A stretch of DNA of 62,695 nucleotides, filler included. It is 9 parts of 9 records of this genome, joined end to end, with 100 filler letters (N's around TTAATTAATTAA, not from the genome) between each part and the next. Parts side by side here need not be neighbours in the genome. Positions count along the whole stretch, not along the records: positions 34,611 to 42,318 come from SRR31147125_166525; positions 42,419 to 50,946 come from SRR31147125_167498; 7 more parts are not named here. One strand, 5' to 3'. The notes under the pieces are model-generated. The model was not told the origin of the DNA. It saw only the letters and a program-made list of their open reading frames with translations, and did no database searches. How positions within the stretch are numbered: position 1 is the first letter of the stretch; every line of letters starts with the position of its first letter. Of this stretch, positions 34,665-46,225 are shown piece by piece. Position numbers and translations under genes: made by a program.

Positions 34665-35432
34665 ATGACTGTAGATAAACAATTTCCGGAAGGGATGACG
34701 CCGCTTGGGAGCGAACCGTTCACCTTTCACTGTCACCCTGGTGTTTCATGTTTCACCGTGTGCTGTAAACGGGTCGAACTGGATCTTTATCCATATGATA
34801 TCCTGCGCTTGAAGCACGGTCTGGGCATAGATTCGGAAACCTTTATGCGAACCTATACGGAACTCAGGAAGGGCGCGAATCCATATTTCCCGACAGTGGT
34901 GCTGAAACAGACCGAAACCGACGGCATACTACAGTGCCCCTTTCTTTCCGGGGAAGGCTGCACGGTTTACCGGGACCGGCCGTCAGCATGTCGAACATAT
35001 CCACTTGAACGGGCTGTTGATCGAACTCCTGGGAAAGGTAGAGCAACCGATTACTATTTTATCGTCAAACATGATTATTGCAGAGGACATGAGGAAGATC
35101 GACAGATCGATGTCCGGAAGTGGGTCCGAAATCAGCAACTCGATCAGTATAATGTCATGAATGATCTGTGGACTGAGGTCGATACGCTGTTTGCTACCAA
35201 CCCCTGGAAGGGAGAAGGGAGCGGCGGACAGAAACAACAACTCGCGTTCATGGTCTGTTACGATATCGATGGTTTTAGGAATTTCGTGCGCGTACAGAGA
35301 ATTTTAGAGCAGTACCTGGTCAACCGTGAGCGGAAAAAACGGATGGAAAAAGACGATGCCGAACTTCTCAAATTCGGGTTCGAGTGGCTTAAGGAAATCT
35401 TTGGTTCGCCGTCGTCCTTGATCAGGCGATGA
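34665..35432 (+). CDS. YkgJ-family cysteine-cluster protein
   Basis: F.CHPGVSCFT.CC, CPFL...GCTVY.DRP.ACRTYP, YC.GH. Confidence 0.88.
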   Translation: MTVDKQFPEGMTPLGSEPFTFHCHPGVSCFTVCCKRVELDLYPYDILRLKHGLGIDSETFMRTYTELRKGANPYFPTVVLKQTETDGILQCPFLSGEGCTVYRDRPSACRTYPLERAVDRTPGKGRATDYYFIVKHDYCRGHEEDRQIDVRKWVRNQQLDQYNVMNDLWTEVDTLFATNPWKGEGSGGQKQQLAFMVCYDIDGFRNFVRVQRILEQYLVNRERKKRMEKDDAELLKFGFEWLKEIFGSPSSLIRR

Positions 35433-35467
35433 CAGCGAAATGCGGGTATCACCTGAGTATCAGATAC

Positions 35468-35496
35468 TTGCAAGTGTAATAGTAATATGGTAAAAA
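35468..35496 (+). promoter_or_regulatory. Putative rpsB promoter
   Basis: TTGCAA, 17-nt spacer, TAAAAA with extended -10 TG at 35488-35489. Confidence 0.5.
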
Positions 35497-35544
35497 ACAG
35501 TGTTCTGCGCCGTCAATTCAGTAGGCGTGAGAGAAACAGGAATT

Positions 35545-35612
35545 AAAAACACACATTCCCTGCCAATCTGGTGTCGGCAGTGAGCCGATCAGAGGGGATG
35601 GAGGAACAACCA
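35545..35612 (+). ncRNA. rpsB 5' leader (S2 autoregulatory, t44-like RNA)
   Basis: ACACACA...GGTG...stem...TGGAGG..AACC pattern directly upstream of the rpsB RBS. Confidence 0.7.
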
Positions 35613-35626
35613 GAAGGAGGTTATTC

Positions 35627-36445
35627 ATGGCAAACGCAAGTGTAAAAGAGATGCTGCAGGCCGGACTGCATTTCGGTCATCAGACCAGACGCTGGAACCC
35701 CAAGATGAAGCCGTATATCTATGGACCGCGGAACGGTATCTACATCATCAATCTCGATATGACCAAACGCATGTTCGATAAGGCATGCGATTTTATCACC
35801 CAACGGGTGGGATCCGGCGGATCGATCCTCTTTGTCGGTACAAAACGCCAGGCCCAGTCGATTATACGGGAAGAAGCCAGACGCTGTAAAATGTACTATG
35901 TCGATCATCGCTGGCTGGGCGGCATGATGACGAACTTCCAGACCATCAAGACCAGTGTCGATCGATTGAAATCCATTGAATCGATGCAGGAGGATGGGTC
36001 TATCAACAAGTTTCCGAAGAAGGAGATCTTGATGATGGAGAAGGAGCGCATCAAACTCGAACGTAACGTTGGCGGTATCAAGGATATGCGGACGTTGCCC
36101 GATGTGATCTTCATTGTCGATCCAAAAAATGAAGCAATTGCGGTTAATGAAGCGCAGAAGCTTGGGATCCCCATTGTTGCAATCACCGATACAAACTGCG
36201 ACCCGGACGGTATCGATTACCTGATTCCCGGTAACGACGACGCGATCAAGGCGATCAAGCTGATCAGCCACTACGTCTCGGAAGCGGTATTGCAGGGCAA
36301 GGCATCCAGGGACGGAGACGATGCTTCCGATGAGGATATCGAGGCCGCCATGGCTGAAGCTACGGAAGAAATAGCGCAGGAAACCTCGACGACTGATGCG
36401 GTCGAAGAAACCGTGGAAGCGCCGCAGGAAAAGGCGGCCGAGTAG
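35627..36445 (+). CDS. rpsB: 30S ribosomal protein S2
   Basis: [50 protein letters not shown]. Confidence 0.99.
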   Translation: MANASVKEMLQAGLHFGHQTRRWNPKMKPYIYGPRNGIYIINLDMTKRMFDKACDFITQRVGSGGSILFVGTKRQAQSIIREEARRCKMYYVDHRWLGGMMTNFQTIKTSVDRLKSIESMQEDGSINKFPKKEILMMEKERIKLERNVGGIKDMRTLPDVIFIVDPKNEAIAVNEAQKLGIPIVAITDTNCDPDGIDYLIPGNDDAIKAIKLISHYVSEAVLQGKASRDGDDASDEDIEAAMAEATEEIAQETSTTDAVEETVEAPQEKAAE

Positions 36446-36483
36446 CGTCGCTATTGCGTCCGCCCGGGCGGATGAAAACAGAT

Positions 36484-36516
36484 AAGAGGGGCTGTCAATC
36501 GACCGCCCCTTTTCGT
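36484..36516 (+). terminator. Hairpin/attenuator between rpsB and tsf
   Basis: AAGAGGGGC-TGTC-AATC-GAC-CGCCCCTTTT stem-loop followed by T-rich tail. Confidence 0.55.
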
Positions 36517-36643
36517 TATAGACCGATATAAACTGACTTCGCGGAGTTGAACCGCGGAGCGGGTGACCAGTAAACTCACACAATAGAGCAGAGGATTCGC
36601 ATCGTTGAGTAGTACATCGATGCATCCGTTAATGGAGGATAAC

Positions 36644-37240
36644 ATGAAAATTACCACCCAGATGGTTAAAGAGCTGCGCGATAAAACCAGCGCCGGCATG
36701 ATGGACTGTAAAAAGGCATTGAGCGAGACCGACGGTGACATGGAGCAGGCGGTTGATCTGCTGCGCAAGAAAGGACTGGCGGTTGCCGCGAAGCGCGCGG
36801 GCAGGGCCACGTCGGAAGGCGTTGTGGAAACTTACATCCATGCCGGTGGAAAACTGGGCGTGATGATCGAACTGAACTGTGAGACCGACTTCGTCGCGAA
36901 AACCGATCAGTTTCGGGAACTGGCGCGTGACCTGGCCATGCACATCGCCGCCGCCAACCCGGTAGCGATCGACCGTGAAGGTGTGCCCGAGGACGTTCAG
37001 GCGCGCGAAAAGGCAATTTACGTACAGCAGGCGCTGGAGTCAGGTAAGCCCGAGAACATTGTCGAGAAAATAGTTACCGGAAAGATCGACAAATTCCTTG
37101 CCGAAATCTGCCTGTTGGAGCAAAAGTACGTGAAGGATCCCGATCTGAGTGTACAGGACCTGCTGACCGACTGTGTCGGAAAAATGGGTGAGAACATCTC
37201 AATCAAGCGTTTTGCACGTTTCCAGATCGGTGTAGAATAG
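36644..37240 (+). CDS. tsf: Elongation factor Ts (short, 198-aa form)
   Basis: [43 protein letters not shown] before ATG 36644. Confidence 0.98.
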   Translation: MKITTQMVKELRDKTSAGMMDCKKALSETDGDMEQAVDLLRKKGLAVAAKRAGRATSEGVVETYIHAGGKLGVMIELNCETDFVAKTDQFRELARDLAMHIAAANPVAIDREGVPEDVQAREKAIYVQQALESGKPENIVEKIVTGKIDKFLAEICLLEQKYVKDPDLSVQDLLTDCVGKMGENISIKRFARFQIGVE

Positions 37241-37298
37241 GCAGCAGAACCGGAGCCCGGTTCAGGCCGAGCGCCCAAATCAACCCGGGAGCATACCG

Positions 37299-38015
37299 AT
37301 GCAGGTCGAATACCAGCGGATCCTACTGAAACTCAGTGGCGAGGCATTAATGGGTAGTGATTCCTACGGGATCAATACCGGTGTGATTGACTTTGTCGCG
37401 TCGGAGGTCAAATCGGTTGTTGCTCAAGGCGTTCAAGTCGGTCTCGTTATCGGGGCAGGCAACATTTTTCGCGGAGTGGCCGGAGCCAGCAAGGGCATGG
37501 ATCGGGCCACCGCGGATAACATGGGGATGCTGGCCACGGTTATGAACAGCCTGGCCATGCAGGACGCGCTGGAGCGCTGCGGTGTCGATACGAGAGTGCA
37601 GTCGGCTATTCCAATGCAGTCGGTTTGCGAGCCCTACATCAGGAGAAGGGCGACGCGGCATCTCGAAAAAGGCAGAGCGGTTATATTTGCCGCCGGTACG
37701 GGTAATCCGTATTTTACGACGGACTCTGCTGGAGTACTGCGTGCGCTGGAGATCGACGCCAACCTGATCATCAAGGCCACGAAGGTGGACGGTGTGTACG
37801 ACAAGGATCCGGAGAAACATTCCGATGCCGTCAAGTACGACCGGCTGACCTACGAAACGGTACTGAAGAAGGGGCTTCGAGTTATGGATGCTGCCGGTAT
37901 CGCCCTGGCTAAAGAAGATGCCAAACCTATTCTTGTCATGAATATGACGGTACCCGGCAATATCATGAGGGCCGTGTGCGGCGAAAATGTAGGAACATTG
38001 ATCAGCTCCGAATAA
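37299..38015 (+). CDS. pyrH: Uridylate kinase
   Basis: [45 protein letters not shown]. Confidence 0.98.
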   Translation: MQVEYQRILLKLSGEALMGSDSYGINTGVIDFVASEVKSVVAQGVQVGLVIGAGNIFRGVAGASKGMDRATADNMGMLATVMNSLAMQDALERCGVDTRVQSAIPMQSVCEPYIRRRATRHLEKGRAVIFAAGTGNPYFTTDSAGVLRALEIDANLIIKATKVDGVYDKDPEKHSDAVKYDRLTYETVLKKGLRVMDAAGIALAKEDAKPILVMNMTVPGNIMRAVCGENVGTLISSE

Positions 38016-38043
38016 GAAATAAAATTTAAGATGGGGTAATGAC

Positions 38044-38598
38044 ATGAGCGATGTGATACTCGAAATGGCTGAAAAGATGGAGAAAAGCGTGGAGGCGCTC
38101 AAGAACGAACTGGCAAAAGTTCGTACCGGCCGGGCGTCATTGGCACTGCTCGACGGCATCTCTGTTGATGCATACGGGAGTAGCATGCCGCTTAACCAGG
38201 TCGGGACCCTGACTATTCCCGAGAGCCGCACCATCGCCATTCAGCCCTGGGACCCGCAGGTACTGGGTGCTATCGAGAAGGCAATCCTCAAATCAGACGT
38301 TGGGCTGACTCCGGTCAACGACGGTAAGATCATCCGCCTCAATATCCCCCAGCTCACCGAGGAGCGCAGGAAAGAGCTGGTCAAACTGGTCAAGAAAGTG
38401 GCCGAGGAATTTCGTGTTGCTGTCCGCAATGTCCGCCGGGATGCGATCGATCAGCTCAAGAAACAGAAGAAAGACAAGGATATCTCTGAGGACGACCTGT
38501 TCAAACTGCAGGACGATGCACAGACGGAGACGGATTCCTACATCGCCCAGATCGATGAAATAAGCGCTTCCAAGGAACAAGAGGTGATGGACGTCTGA
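38044..38598 (+). CDS. frr: Ribosome recycling factor
   Basis: VRTGRA, IQPWD, IEKAI..SD.GLTP.NDG, LTEERRKELVK, VRNVRRDA. Confidence 0.98.
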   Translation: MSDVILEMAEKMEKSVEALKNELAKVRTGRASLALLDGISVDAYGSSMPLNQVGTLTIPESRTIAIQPWDPQVLGAIEKAILKSDVGLTPVNDGKIIRLNIPQLTEERRKELVKLVKKVAEEFRVAVRNVRRDAIDQLKKQKKDKDISEDDLFKLQDDAQTETDSYIAQIDEISASKEQEVMDV

Positions 38599-38636
38599 TG
38601 ATGGCCGCTGGGCCGCATTTGTCCTGATACCGATGT

Positions 38637-39389
38637 ATGACCATTCCCTCCACACTCGATTCCGAGAGAATTCCGACCCATGTGGCCATTGTCATGGACG
38701 GCAATGGCCGCTGGGCTAAACAGCGGAGAAAACCAAGGCTTTACGGCCACAAGATAGGCGCTGATTCGGTCCGGGAGATTGTTGAGGGCTCCCGCGAAAT
38801 CGGAGTAAAGTACCTGACGCTGTACGCCTTTTCCTCAGAGAACTGGAACCGCCCCCAGCAGGAGGTCTCCGGCCTGATGAACATCCTCAAAACATATCTG
38901 GTTTCCGAGCTCGGTCGAATGGAAAAAAACGAGATTCGGCTCAACTGCATCGGAGATGTTTCAAAGCTTCCTGGGGCGGTTCGACAAACCCTGCAGGATT
39001 CGATGAGCAGAACGGTGGCCAATGACAAGCTGGTGCTCAACCTGGCGCTTAGCTACGGTGCCCGAGACGAATTGTGCCGTGCCGTCGCGGAGATCGCCGG
39101 CGCATGCAGTGCCGGGGAGCTTGATCCGGGCCGGATCGACCATCAACTGATTTCCGATCATCTCTATACTGCCGGACAACCGGATCCTGACCTGTTGATC
39201 AGGACCGGTGGAGAACAGCGGTTGTCCAATTTCCTGCTGTGGCAGGCATCGTATGCGGAGATCTATTTTACCGAAACGATGTGGCCTGATTTCAGGAAGG
39301 ACCAGTATCTGCAGGCATTGCTCGATTTTCAACGGCGTGAGCGGAGGTTTGGAAAAACCGCAGAACAGGTGAAGGAGAACGACGAATGA
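38637..39389 (+). CDS. uppS: Undecaprenyl diphosphate synthase
   Basis: HVAIVMDGNGRWA, LYAFSSENWNRP, PDLLIRTGGEQRLSNFLLWQ, RERRFG. Confidence 0.98.
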   Translation: MTIPSTLDSERIPTHVAIVMDGNGRWAKQRRKPRLYGHKIGADSVREIVEGSREIGVKYLTLYAFSSENWNRPQQEVSGLMNILKTYLVSELGRMEKNEIRLNCIGDVSKLPGAVRQTLQDSMSRTVANDKLVLNLALSYGARDELCRAVAEIAGACSAGELDPGRIDHQLISDHLYTAGQPDPDLLIRTGGEQRLSNFLLWQASYAEIYFTETMWPDFRKDQYLQALLDFQRRERRFGKTAEQVKENDE

Positions 39390-40189
39390 ATAGATGGATT
39401 CCAGGGATCTTACTGGCACTGTTCTGGCTGCTGCTCCTGGCCAGGGGATCGTTTCTGCTGTTCTGGATCGTCGCGTCGCTCATCGGTTTTATCGCGGCTC
39501 GAGAGTTCTGCCGCATGGCATTTGCTGATCTGCTCTATGAACAGGATCGTGTTCTTCTTCCGTTGCTGTTGATCGCACCCATATTTGCAGCGGTTTTCTG
39601 CACCAGCTATCCGGGGGCCGCTTCTTTCGGGACCGTACTCGGACTGGTCGGGCTGACCGGCTACGTATTCACCAACTACTCTCGTTTCAAAAGCCCGGTT
39701 GCTCTTTTGACCAGGGGGGCGCTGGGACTCGTCTTCATTGGTTTTTTTCTTTCCCATACCGTTTTGATCAGGGGGCTTGATGACGGCGGTAACTGGCTTA
39801 TCGTGTTGATGGGAATCACCGCTGGCAGCGACAGCGGCGCATACTTTGTCGGCTGCCGATGGGGCAAAAGAAAACTGTGCCCCGCCATCAGTCCGAAAAA
39901 AACTATGGAAGGTGCCGCAGGGGGTGTTGCCGGCGGACTCATCGGCGGTGTCCTGATGGCTTTGTTTTTTCCGGTACCCGCATCGCTGATGATGATGATG
40001 GCTCTGGCTATCGTCCTGTCGGTCGTCGGGATGACGGGAGATCTGATCGAATCGGTGGTGAAGCGGGGTTATGGCATTAAGGATTCCGGCTCGTTGCTCG
40101 GGGGACATGGAGGGGTGCTCGACCGCGTTGATTCCCTGCTGATGGCCGGTCCGTTTCTCTATTACATTCTCATTTACGCTGGTTATTGA
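39386..40189 (+). CDS. cdsA: Phosphatidate cytidylyltransferase
   Basis: [46 protein letters not shown]. Confidence 0.97.
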   Translation: MNRWIPGILLALFWLLLLARGSFLLFWIVASLIGFIAAREFCRMAFADLLYEQDRVLLPLLLIAPIFAAVFCTSYPGAASFGTVLGLVGLTGYVFTNYSRFKSPVALLTRGALGLVFIGFFLSHTVLIRGLDDGGNWLIVLMGITAGSDSGAYFVGCRWGKRKLCPAISPKKTMEGAAGGVAGGLIGGVLMALFFPVPASLMMMMALAIVLSVVGMTGDLIESVVKRGYGIKDSGSLLGGHGGVLDRVDSLLMAGPFLYYILIYAGY

Positions 40190-41352
40190 TGAAAACTCTC
40201 GCCCTGCTCGGTTCCACCGGCTCCATTGGGGTCAATGTCCTCAATATCGTTCGTCAGTTTCCGGATCGCTACCGAATCTGCGGACTGGCCGCAGGGAAAA
40301 ATACACACTTGTTGAGCAACCAGATCCTGGAGTTCAACCCGAAGCTTATTTCCGTTTTCGATGAAGAGCATGCCGATCAACTCCGGACGCTGCTTCCCGG
40401 TGAGTACGCCGAGCGTATCATGTACGGCACGGAGGGAAACCAGGCGGTTGCGGCAATGGACGACAGCGATATGGCGATCTGCGCCGTGGTCGGTGCAGCC
40501 GGGCTGCTCCCGACTATCGCTGCCATCGAGGCGGGTAAGGATATCGGCCTTGCCAACAAGGAGACCCTTGTCGTTGCCGGCAGAATCGTGATGGACAAGG
40601 TCAGGGCACACGGGGTCAAACTACTTCCGATCGACTCGGAACACAGTGCTATCTTTCAGGCCCTGGAAGCGGGACGCCGCGAGGATGTATCCCAGCTCAT
40701 CCTGACGGCATCGGGAGGACCGTTTCTGCACACACCGGCAGACGACCTCCGCTCCGTGACCTGTGACGATGCGCTCAATCACCCGAACTGGAGCATGGGC
40801 AGGAAGATCAGCATTGATTCGGCAACATTAATGAACAAAGGGCTCGAGGTTATTGAAGCACGCTGGCTTTTCGATATTGAGGTGGCTTCGATCAGCGTCG
40901 TCGTACATCCCCAGTCGATCGTGCACTCCCTGGTAGAATACCAGGACGGGTCGGTCATCGCGCAGCTCGGTATCCCCGATATGAAAATTCCGATCGCGTA
41001 CGCGTTGTCGTACCCGGAACGGATCGAACTCGGCCTGAAACCGTTAAACCTCTGGCAGTGCAGCGACCTCGAGTTCTATGAGCCCGATTACGAGCGTTTT
41101 CCGGCACTGCGCCTTGCATTCAGCGCCCTTGAACAGGGCGGTACCAGTCCGGCTGTTCTGAATGCCGCCAACGAGGAGGCGGTAGACGCGTTCCTTGACA
41201 AGAAGATCAGCTTTCCAGAGATTCCGGTCATTGTCGGACAAACCATGGCTCACGTGAAAGGCGGCGACGACCTGGAGTTAGAGGAGTTGATCGCAGCTGA
41301 CGGTGAGGCCCGAAGGTATACACGGTCACTGATCAGCCGTAACCCATCCTGA
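40186..41352 (+). CDS. dxr: 1-deoxy-D-xylulose 5-phosphate reductoisomerase
   Basis: [47 protein letters not shown]. Confidence 0.98.
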   Translation: MMKTLALLGSTGSIGVNVLNIVRQFPDRYRICGLAAGKNTHLLSNQILEFNPKLISVFDEEHADQLRTLLPGEYAERIMYGTEGNQAVAAMDDSDMAICAVVGAAGLLPTIAAIEAGKDIGLANKETLVVAGRIVMDKVRAHGVKLLPIDSEHSAIFQALEAGRREDVSQLILTASGGPFLHTPADDLRSVTCDDALNHPNWSMGRKISIDSATLMNKGLEVIEARWLFDIEVASISVVVHPQSIVHSLVEYQDGSVIAQLGIPDMKIPIAYALSYPERIELGLKPLNLWQCSDLEFYEPDYERFPALRLAFSALEQGGTSPAVLNAANEEAVDAFLDKKISFPEIPVIVGQTMAHVKGGDDLELEELIAADGEARRYTRSLISRNPS

Positions 41353-41373
41353 CCACCCCAATAGTACTGGTTT

Positions 41374-42318
41374 ATGAATACGCTTGTCTCATTCATTGTT
41401 GTTCTCGGCATCCTTATTTTCGTCCATGAGCTTGGACATTTCCTGTTCGCCAAACTGTTCAGGGTGCAGGTACTGAAGTTCTCGCTCGGATTCGGCCCGA
41501 AGCTGATCAGCAGGACGGTGGGGGAGACCGAATACCAGATTTCAGCGTTTCCTCTCGGCGGCTATGTCAAAATGCTTGGAGAGAACCCGGAGGAGTCGGC
41601 CGCGGGGGCCGATGCCGACCGCTCATTCGCAGCCAAGCCGGTCTGGAACCGGTTCTTTATTGTGCTGGCGGGCCCCCTGTTCAACCTGCTTTTTTCCGTA
41701 TTTCTGTTCTTCATGATTTTTCTGGTCATGGGGATTCCAGAGAACCGTGACAGCACGATGATCGGTGAGGTCAGCGAAGGCTCTCCGGCGCTGCATGCCG
41801 GGGTCGCCGCCGGTGATACGATTGTTGCGATTGACGAAACTCCGGTACGGAGCTGGAGGATGTGCTCCATGTTGTCTCATCCAGTGAGGGCAAGACGCTG
41901 CAATTTACCGTAATACGGGACGCAGGTGAAGTGGTGATCCCCGTGACACCGCGGCTGGACAGCGTCACGAACGTGTTCGGTGAGGAGGTGGAGCAGCGGT
42001 TTATGATCGGCATTGTGAAGAAGGAGGTAATCGAATATGACCGGGTCGGACCAATCAAGGCTCTGCAGGCCGGTATCTGGCAGACCTGGATGTTTATCTA
42101 TCTGACGTTTATGGGGATCGTCAAGATCATCCAGAACGTTGTTCCGGCCTCGGAGCTCGGCGGGCCGATTCTCATCGCGCAGCTGGCCGGCGAGCAGGCC
42201 CGGGCCGGGTGGCTGAACCTTGCTCATTTCATGGGGCTGCTCAGTGTGAACCTGGGGATTCTCAACCTGCTGCCGATTCCAATCCTGGATGGCGGACACC
42301 TGGTCTTTCTGACGCTCG
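41374..42318 (+). CDS. rseP: Intramembrane metalloprotease RseP (frameshift near 41856, 3' truncated)
   Basis: HELGH, GGYVKM, AGPLFN, PDZ domain, NLLPIPILDGGH; one extra G restores SWEDVLHVV. Confidence 0.95.
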
Positions 42319-42418
42319 NNNNNNNNNNNNNNNNNNNNNNNNNNNNNNNNNNNNNNNNNNNNTTAATTAATTAANNNNNNNNNNNNNNNNNNNNNNNNNN
42401 NNNNNNNNNNNNNNNNNN
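42319..42418. other. Artificial contig spacer
   Basis: N-run with TTAATTAATTAA. Confidence 0.99.
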
Positions 42419-43483
42419 TTCGGGGTTGTAATCATAGCGATGCACGTTCGGATTGTAGACCCAGGTATCGGGTTTGTACGGTCCGGTTGCCGCGACACCA
42501 TACCCCAACAGAACACCATCAATGATCTCCTGTTTATTAATGGCGTAAGAAAGAGCCTGCCTGACCCTTTTGTCCTGAAACAGCGGACGCCTTAAATTGT
42601 ACCCTAGGTAACTGTAACCAAAACTCAGATAACGATACTTCTGATAGAGACGCCGAAAAGCAGGCGTATCCGTTTGTCGATCATATTGCAGGGGCAACAA
42701 CCCCATGAAATCAAGGCTGCCTGTTTGAAGTTCGAGAAACTGCGTAGACAGATCAGGAATGATGCGATACACGACCCGCTTGATATAGGGTTGCCCTTCA
42801 AAATAATCGGGGTTGGATTCCAGAACAACCTTTTCCCCTCCGAGCCATTCAACGAAGCGATATGGGCCCGTGCCGACAGGATGCCGCGCCAACGGACTTT
42901 TGGTGATCTCCACCCCTTCCAGAAGGTGTTTTGGATGAACGGCCGTCGCCCAACTCAAAAGCGCAGGAGCATAAGGCTTGTCGTATTTCACGATAAAGGT
43001 GTAATCGTCCGGCACCTCGACAGAGGTCACCTGGCGGAACGCTTCAGCGTAAGCTGTCGGCGTCTCCGGATCAACATAAAGGTCGTAAGTGAATTTAACA
43101 TCCGCCGAGGTAAAGGGCGCACCATCGTGCCACCTCACCCCTTTACGCAGATGAAAAATCAGGGTCAGATTATCATCCGATATATCCCAGGATTCTGCCA
43201 GTTCGCCTTCGACAACAAGATTTTTGTCGTAACGGATCAGACCATTGTAAACCAGCCCATTGATTGAACTTGATGCCGAATCAGACGCAAGAACCGGCAG
43301 CAGCGTACTGGCGTCGCCAATCGACGCTTCGATAAACGTGTCACCATGAACCGGTGTCTGAGTTTTAGACACCCCGGGCAGATCACTACCCTCATCCTGC
43401 TGGCAACCGATCAGCAGAACCAGGATAAACCCACAGGCCAGAGCAGCCACCCTAGTGAAGTTCTTACTTTTTTCCCTGTTCAC
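42419..43483 (-). CDS. Peptide/nickel ABC transporter substrate-binding lipoprotein, family 5 (3' truncated)
   Basis: Lipobox LLIGC; LAESW.IS.D..T..F.LRKGVRWHDG.PFT..DV.FT; PVGTGPY; DKRVRQAL..AI. Confidence 0.93.
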
Positions 43484-44250
43484 GGCAAGGCCTCAAAAAC
43501 ACTGCCCGTCGGCTGGGCCAGAGTAAATTGATCTGCGTCAAGAGCGATATTCAGCTTCAGGTCTTTGAACTTCACCGTCATCTTCGTATCCTCTGTTGGC
43601 AATTCTATCTTAACTTTCAGCGGAAAGCCGCTCCCTGTTTCAAAGTTATCATAACTGACATTCAGTACAGTCTGCTGTTCATTTCTGTAGGCACATCCGA
43701 CCAGTGTCAGCTGGGAGTCAAAGTACAGATCCTGCACAACATTCTCTCCCGACAAAGTCAGGCGTACGCGGTCACCTTCAATCTCAACGTGCCTGTCACC
43801 ATATCCGACCAGTGGCGGGTCATACAGGAGCAGAGGGATCAGGTCGTCCGCCTTCAACGGAACACGAACGAATCGACTCATATTTTCATAACTTGCCGGA
43901 CCTGCATAGTAGCGCCCCGGGACCGTATTGTTCAAGAAGACAGCCATTGCCTGCCCATCCGAAGCGATCTGGAGGGCAAGCTGGCCGAATCCCGTCAAGA
44001 CATCTGCCCGCAACCGATCAGGGCGTTCAAGGAGCAAAAACTGCTGGCTGGAAACGTATTTCCCCTGGACCGACAACCCAACACTTGCAGACGCATCCAG
44101 AGATTGATTGCGCCCGGAACCGGCCAGCACACGGGCCATCAACTCTTCAGCCACAGGGGGCGACTGCCAGTCATGACGCGCGGAAAAAGGTGCACAGCCT
44201 GCGAGCAGCAGAAAGCACGATAATACGATAAGAAGACAGCGATGGTTCAT
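43480..44250 (-). CDS. LolB-like / DUF4292-type lipoprotein
   Basis: Lipobox LLAGC; RPDRLR.DVL..FGQ; beta-rich C-terminus ending F.L..P; follows a TPR lipoprotein, as lolB does in proteobacteria. Confidence 0.6.
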   Translation of the reverse strand: MNHRCLLIVLSCFLLLAGCAPFSARHDWQSPPVAEELMARVLAGSGRNQSLDASASVGLSVQGKYVSSQQFLLLERPDRLRADVLTGFGQLALQIASDGQAMAVFLNNTVPGRYYAGPASYENMSRFVRVPLKADDLIPLLLYDPPLVGYGDRHVEIEGDRVRLTLSGENVVQDLYFDSQLTLVGCAYRNEQQTVLNVSYDNFETGSGFPLKVKIELPTEDTKMTVKFKDLKLNIALDADQFTLAQPTGSVFEALP

Positions 44251-45986
44251 GGTTCTGTTATATCCAGTTGCAGAAGTTTCTCTTTCACTTGATCGGCCTC
44301 TGGATCAAACAGATACGACCTCTCATAACTCGTTCGTGCCTGATCAAGGAGTCCCATATCACGATACAGGTCACCCAGGTGCTCAAGAATGACCGCATCT
44401 TCCGGAAGCGCGGCGGCGGCCTCTTCCAGATAGCCCCGACCTTCTTCAAGACGACCCAGCTTGTAGTAAACCCAGCCAAGGGTGTCAGCGATATAGCCGA
44501 TCGGGTTGATGGCATAAGCCTTCAGAGCCCGTTCAAGAGCACTCTCCAGTGAAATATTCTTTTCTGCCTGGTAATACGCCAGAAAGTTCAAGGCGTCGGC
44601 ATGCTCTGGGTCCAGGCTCAGAATCGATTCCATCGTCTGTGCTGCGGCCTCGGAACGCTCCATTTTTTCGTAAATGATGCCAAGCTGATACAGGAGCCGA
44701 ACATCATCAGGAAAGACGTCGAGAGCATTCCTTGTGACGCGCAACGCTTCGTCTGAACGCTTGAGCTCATCAAGAAAAATCGACAGATAGTAATAGGCCT
44801 CCGCTTTTTTTATCCCCGTCTCCAGCAAATTTCGCAATACGGTAACAGCGCCGTCCTTGTTCCCAAGCTTGTTGTGGAAATAGGCCTTCTGGACGGCGGC
44901 ATCAGGATAGACATCGGACGAGACCTCTATTCTGTCAAGAGCCTGAATCGCCTCCTCAAACTTCTTCTGCCCGGCCAGTGCAACCGCCAGATAATAGATA
45001 TTCTGATCTGTGTGACTTTCTGTTTCCAGAACTGTCCTGAACCGCGTCTCTGCTTCAGCCCAATTCTCCAACTCAAGTTCTATCAAAGCGAGGCGAGTAA
45101 CAATGTGAGTATTCTCGGGCTGATATCCGAGAAGAATCAGAAATTCATCCCTGGCTTCATTCAATTGATTTTTAGTCAGATAATATTGAGCCAGTCGCTG
45201 GCGAACAGCCAGGGCCAGAGGGTTGGCTGCCAGAGTCTTCCGATACAGCGCGAGAACAGCATCAGGATCAAGCTTTTTCAGAAAACCCGCATACTCAAGA
45301 GCCGCCTGTTGATGGCCTGGAGACTGCTGTAACGCCCGATTGTACCAGAGCATCGCCAAATCAGGTTCACCATCAGTTGCGTAAACCCGCGCCAGCGCAA
45401 GCTTGGCAATAAAGGTCTGTGGGTAGCGATCGAGAATGCGTTGCAGAAGATCGATGGCACCGGCATTGTCGCCGAGATGAACGGTCGCCATTGCCAGGCG
45501 AATCTGCAATGGTAAGTTCTCCGACTCAATTTCAAGAGCACGTTGAAATTGCGAAACAGCAGCCTGATAATCACCATCCAGACTGTGTACCTGCCCCAGA
45601 AGCTCATGCCCTTCGAAATTATCCGGGGCCTCCTCCAGAATCCCGGACAAAACAGCGACCGCCTGATCCAGACGCCCTGTGTGTACGTAGGCCTTGGCCA
45701 GAACCAGCCGCAAATACAAAGTGTCCGGATCCAGGGCAACCGCCCGTTCAAGAGCCCCGAGTGCCTCTTCCCAACGCTCCTCTGAACCATACATCCTGAA
45801 CAGACTGAAAGCGAACAACGCCTTCGCCTGAGGTGAGGACACGGAAGAGCGATAAGCAGGCAAAGGGTTCTTCACCAACTCGGACGGCGGGGCCTGTGAG
45901 TGCATCGCGCAGGCTGACAACACCAGCGTTGTGCAAACAGACAGTAAGAATAGTGACCAGGAAGATTTTTTTAGACTGAACAACAC
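44247..45986 (-). CDS. TPR-repeat lipoprotein
   Basis: Lipobox LSAC; many TPRs; C-terminal ALNFLAY...DTLGWVYYKLG...HLGD.Y. Confidence 0.9.
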   Translation of the reverse strand: MLFSLKKSSWSLFLLSVCTTLVLSACAMHSQAPPSELVKNPLPAYRSSVSSPQAKALFAFSLFRMYGSEERWEEALGALERAVALDPDTLYLRLVLAKAYVHTGRLDQAVAVLSGILEEAPDNFEGHELLGQVHSLDGDYQAAVSQFQRALEIESENLPLQIRLAMATVHLGDNAGAIDLLQRILDRYPQTFIAKLALARVYATDGEPDLAMLWYNRALQQSPGHQQAALEYAGFLKKLDPDAVLALYRKTLAANPLALAVRQRLAQYYLTKNQLNEARDEFLILLGYQPENTHIVTRLALIELELENWAEAETRFRTVLETESHTDQNIYYLAVALAGQKKFEEAIQALDRIEVSSDVYPDAAVQKAYFHNKLGNKDGAVTVLRNLLETGIKKAEAYYYLSIFLDELKRSDEALRVTRNALDVFPDDVRLLYQLGIIYEKMERSEAAAQTMESILSLDPEHADALNFLAYYQAEKNISLESALERALKAYAINPIGYIADTLGWVYYKLGRLEEGRGYLEEAAAALPEDAVILEHLGDLYRDMGLLDQARTSYERSYLFDPEADQVKEKLLQLDITEP

Positions 45987-46225
45987 AGCTGTCCTTTGAT
46001 AATCCTTAGATAAAGATTAATTAGCACATTCATTTCATGAGAGCAAAAGAATAACATGAAAACCAGAGGGCAGAACACCCGAGAGCCAGGGCGTTAAGAG
46101 CCGATATTTATTCGCACTATTTTCATTCTGTTATTGTATTTCATTCAAGACCGGATTAATCTATTAGAAAAGAGTTAGATTTCTCCACAAGACATTGACC
46201 CGCTTGCCTGCCATGGGGCCTTAGC

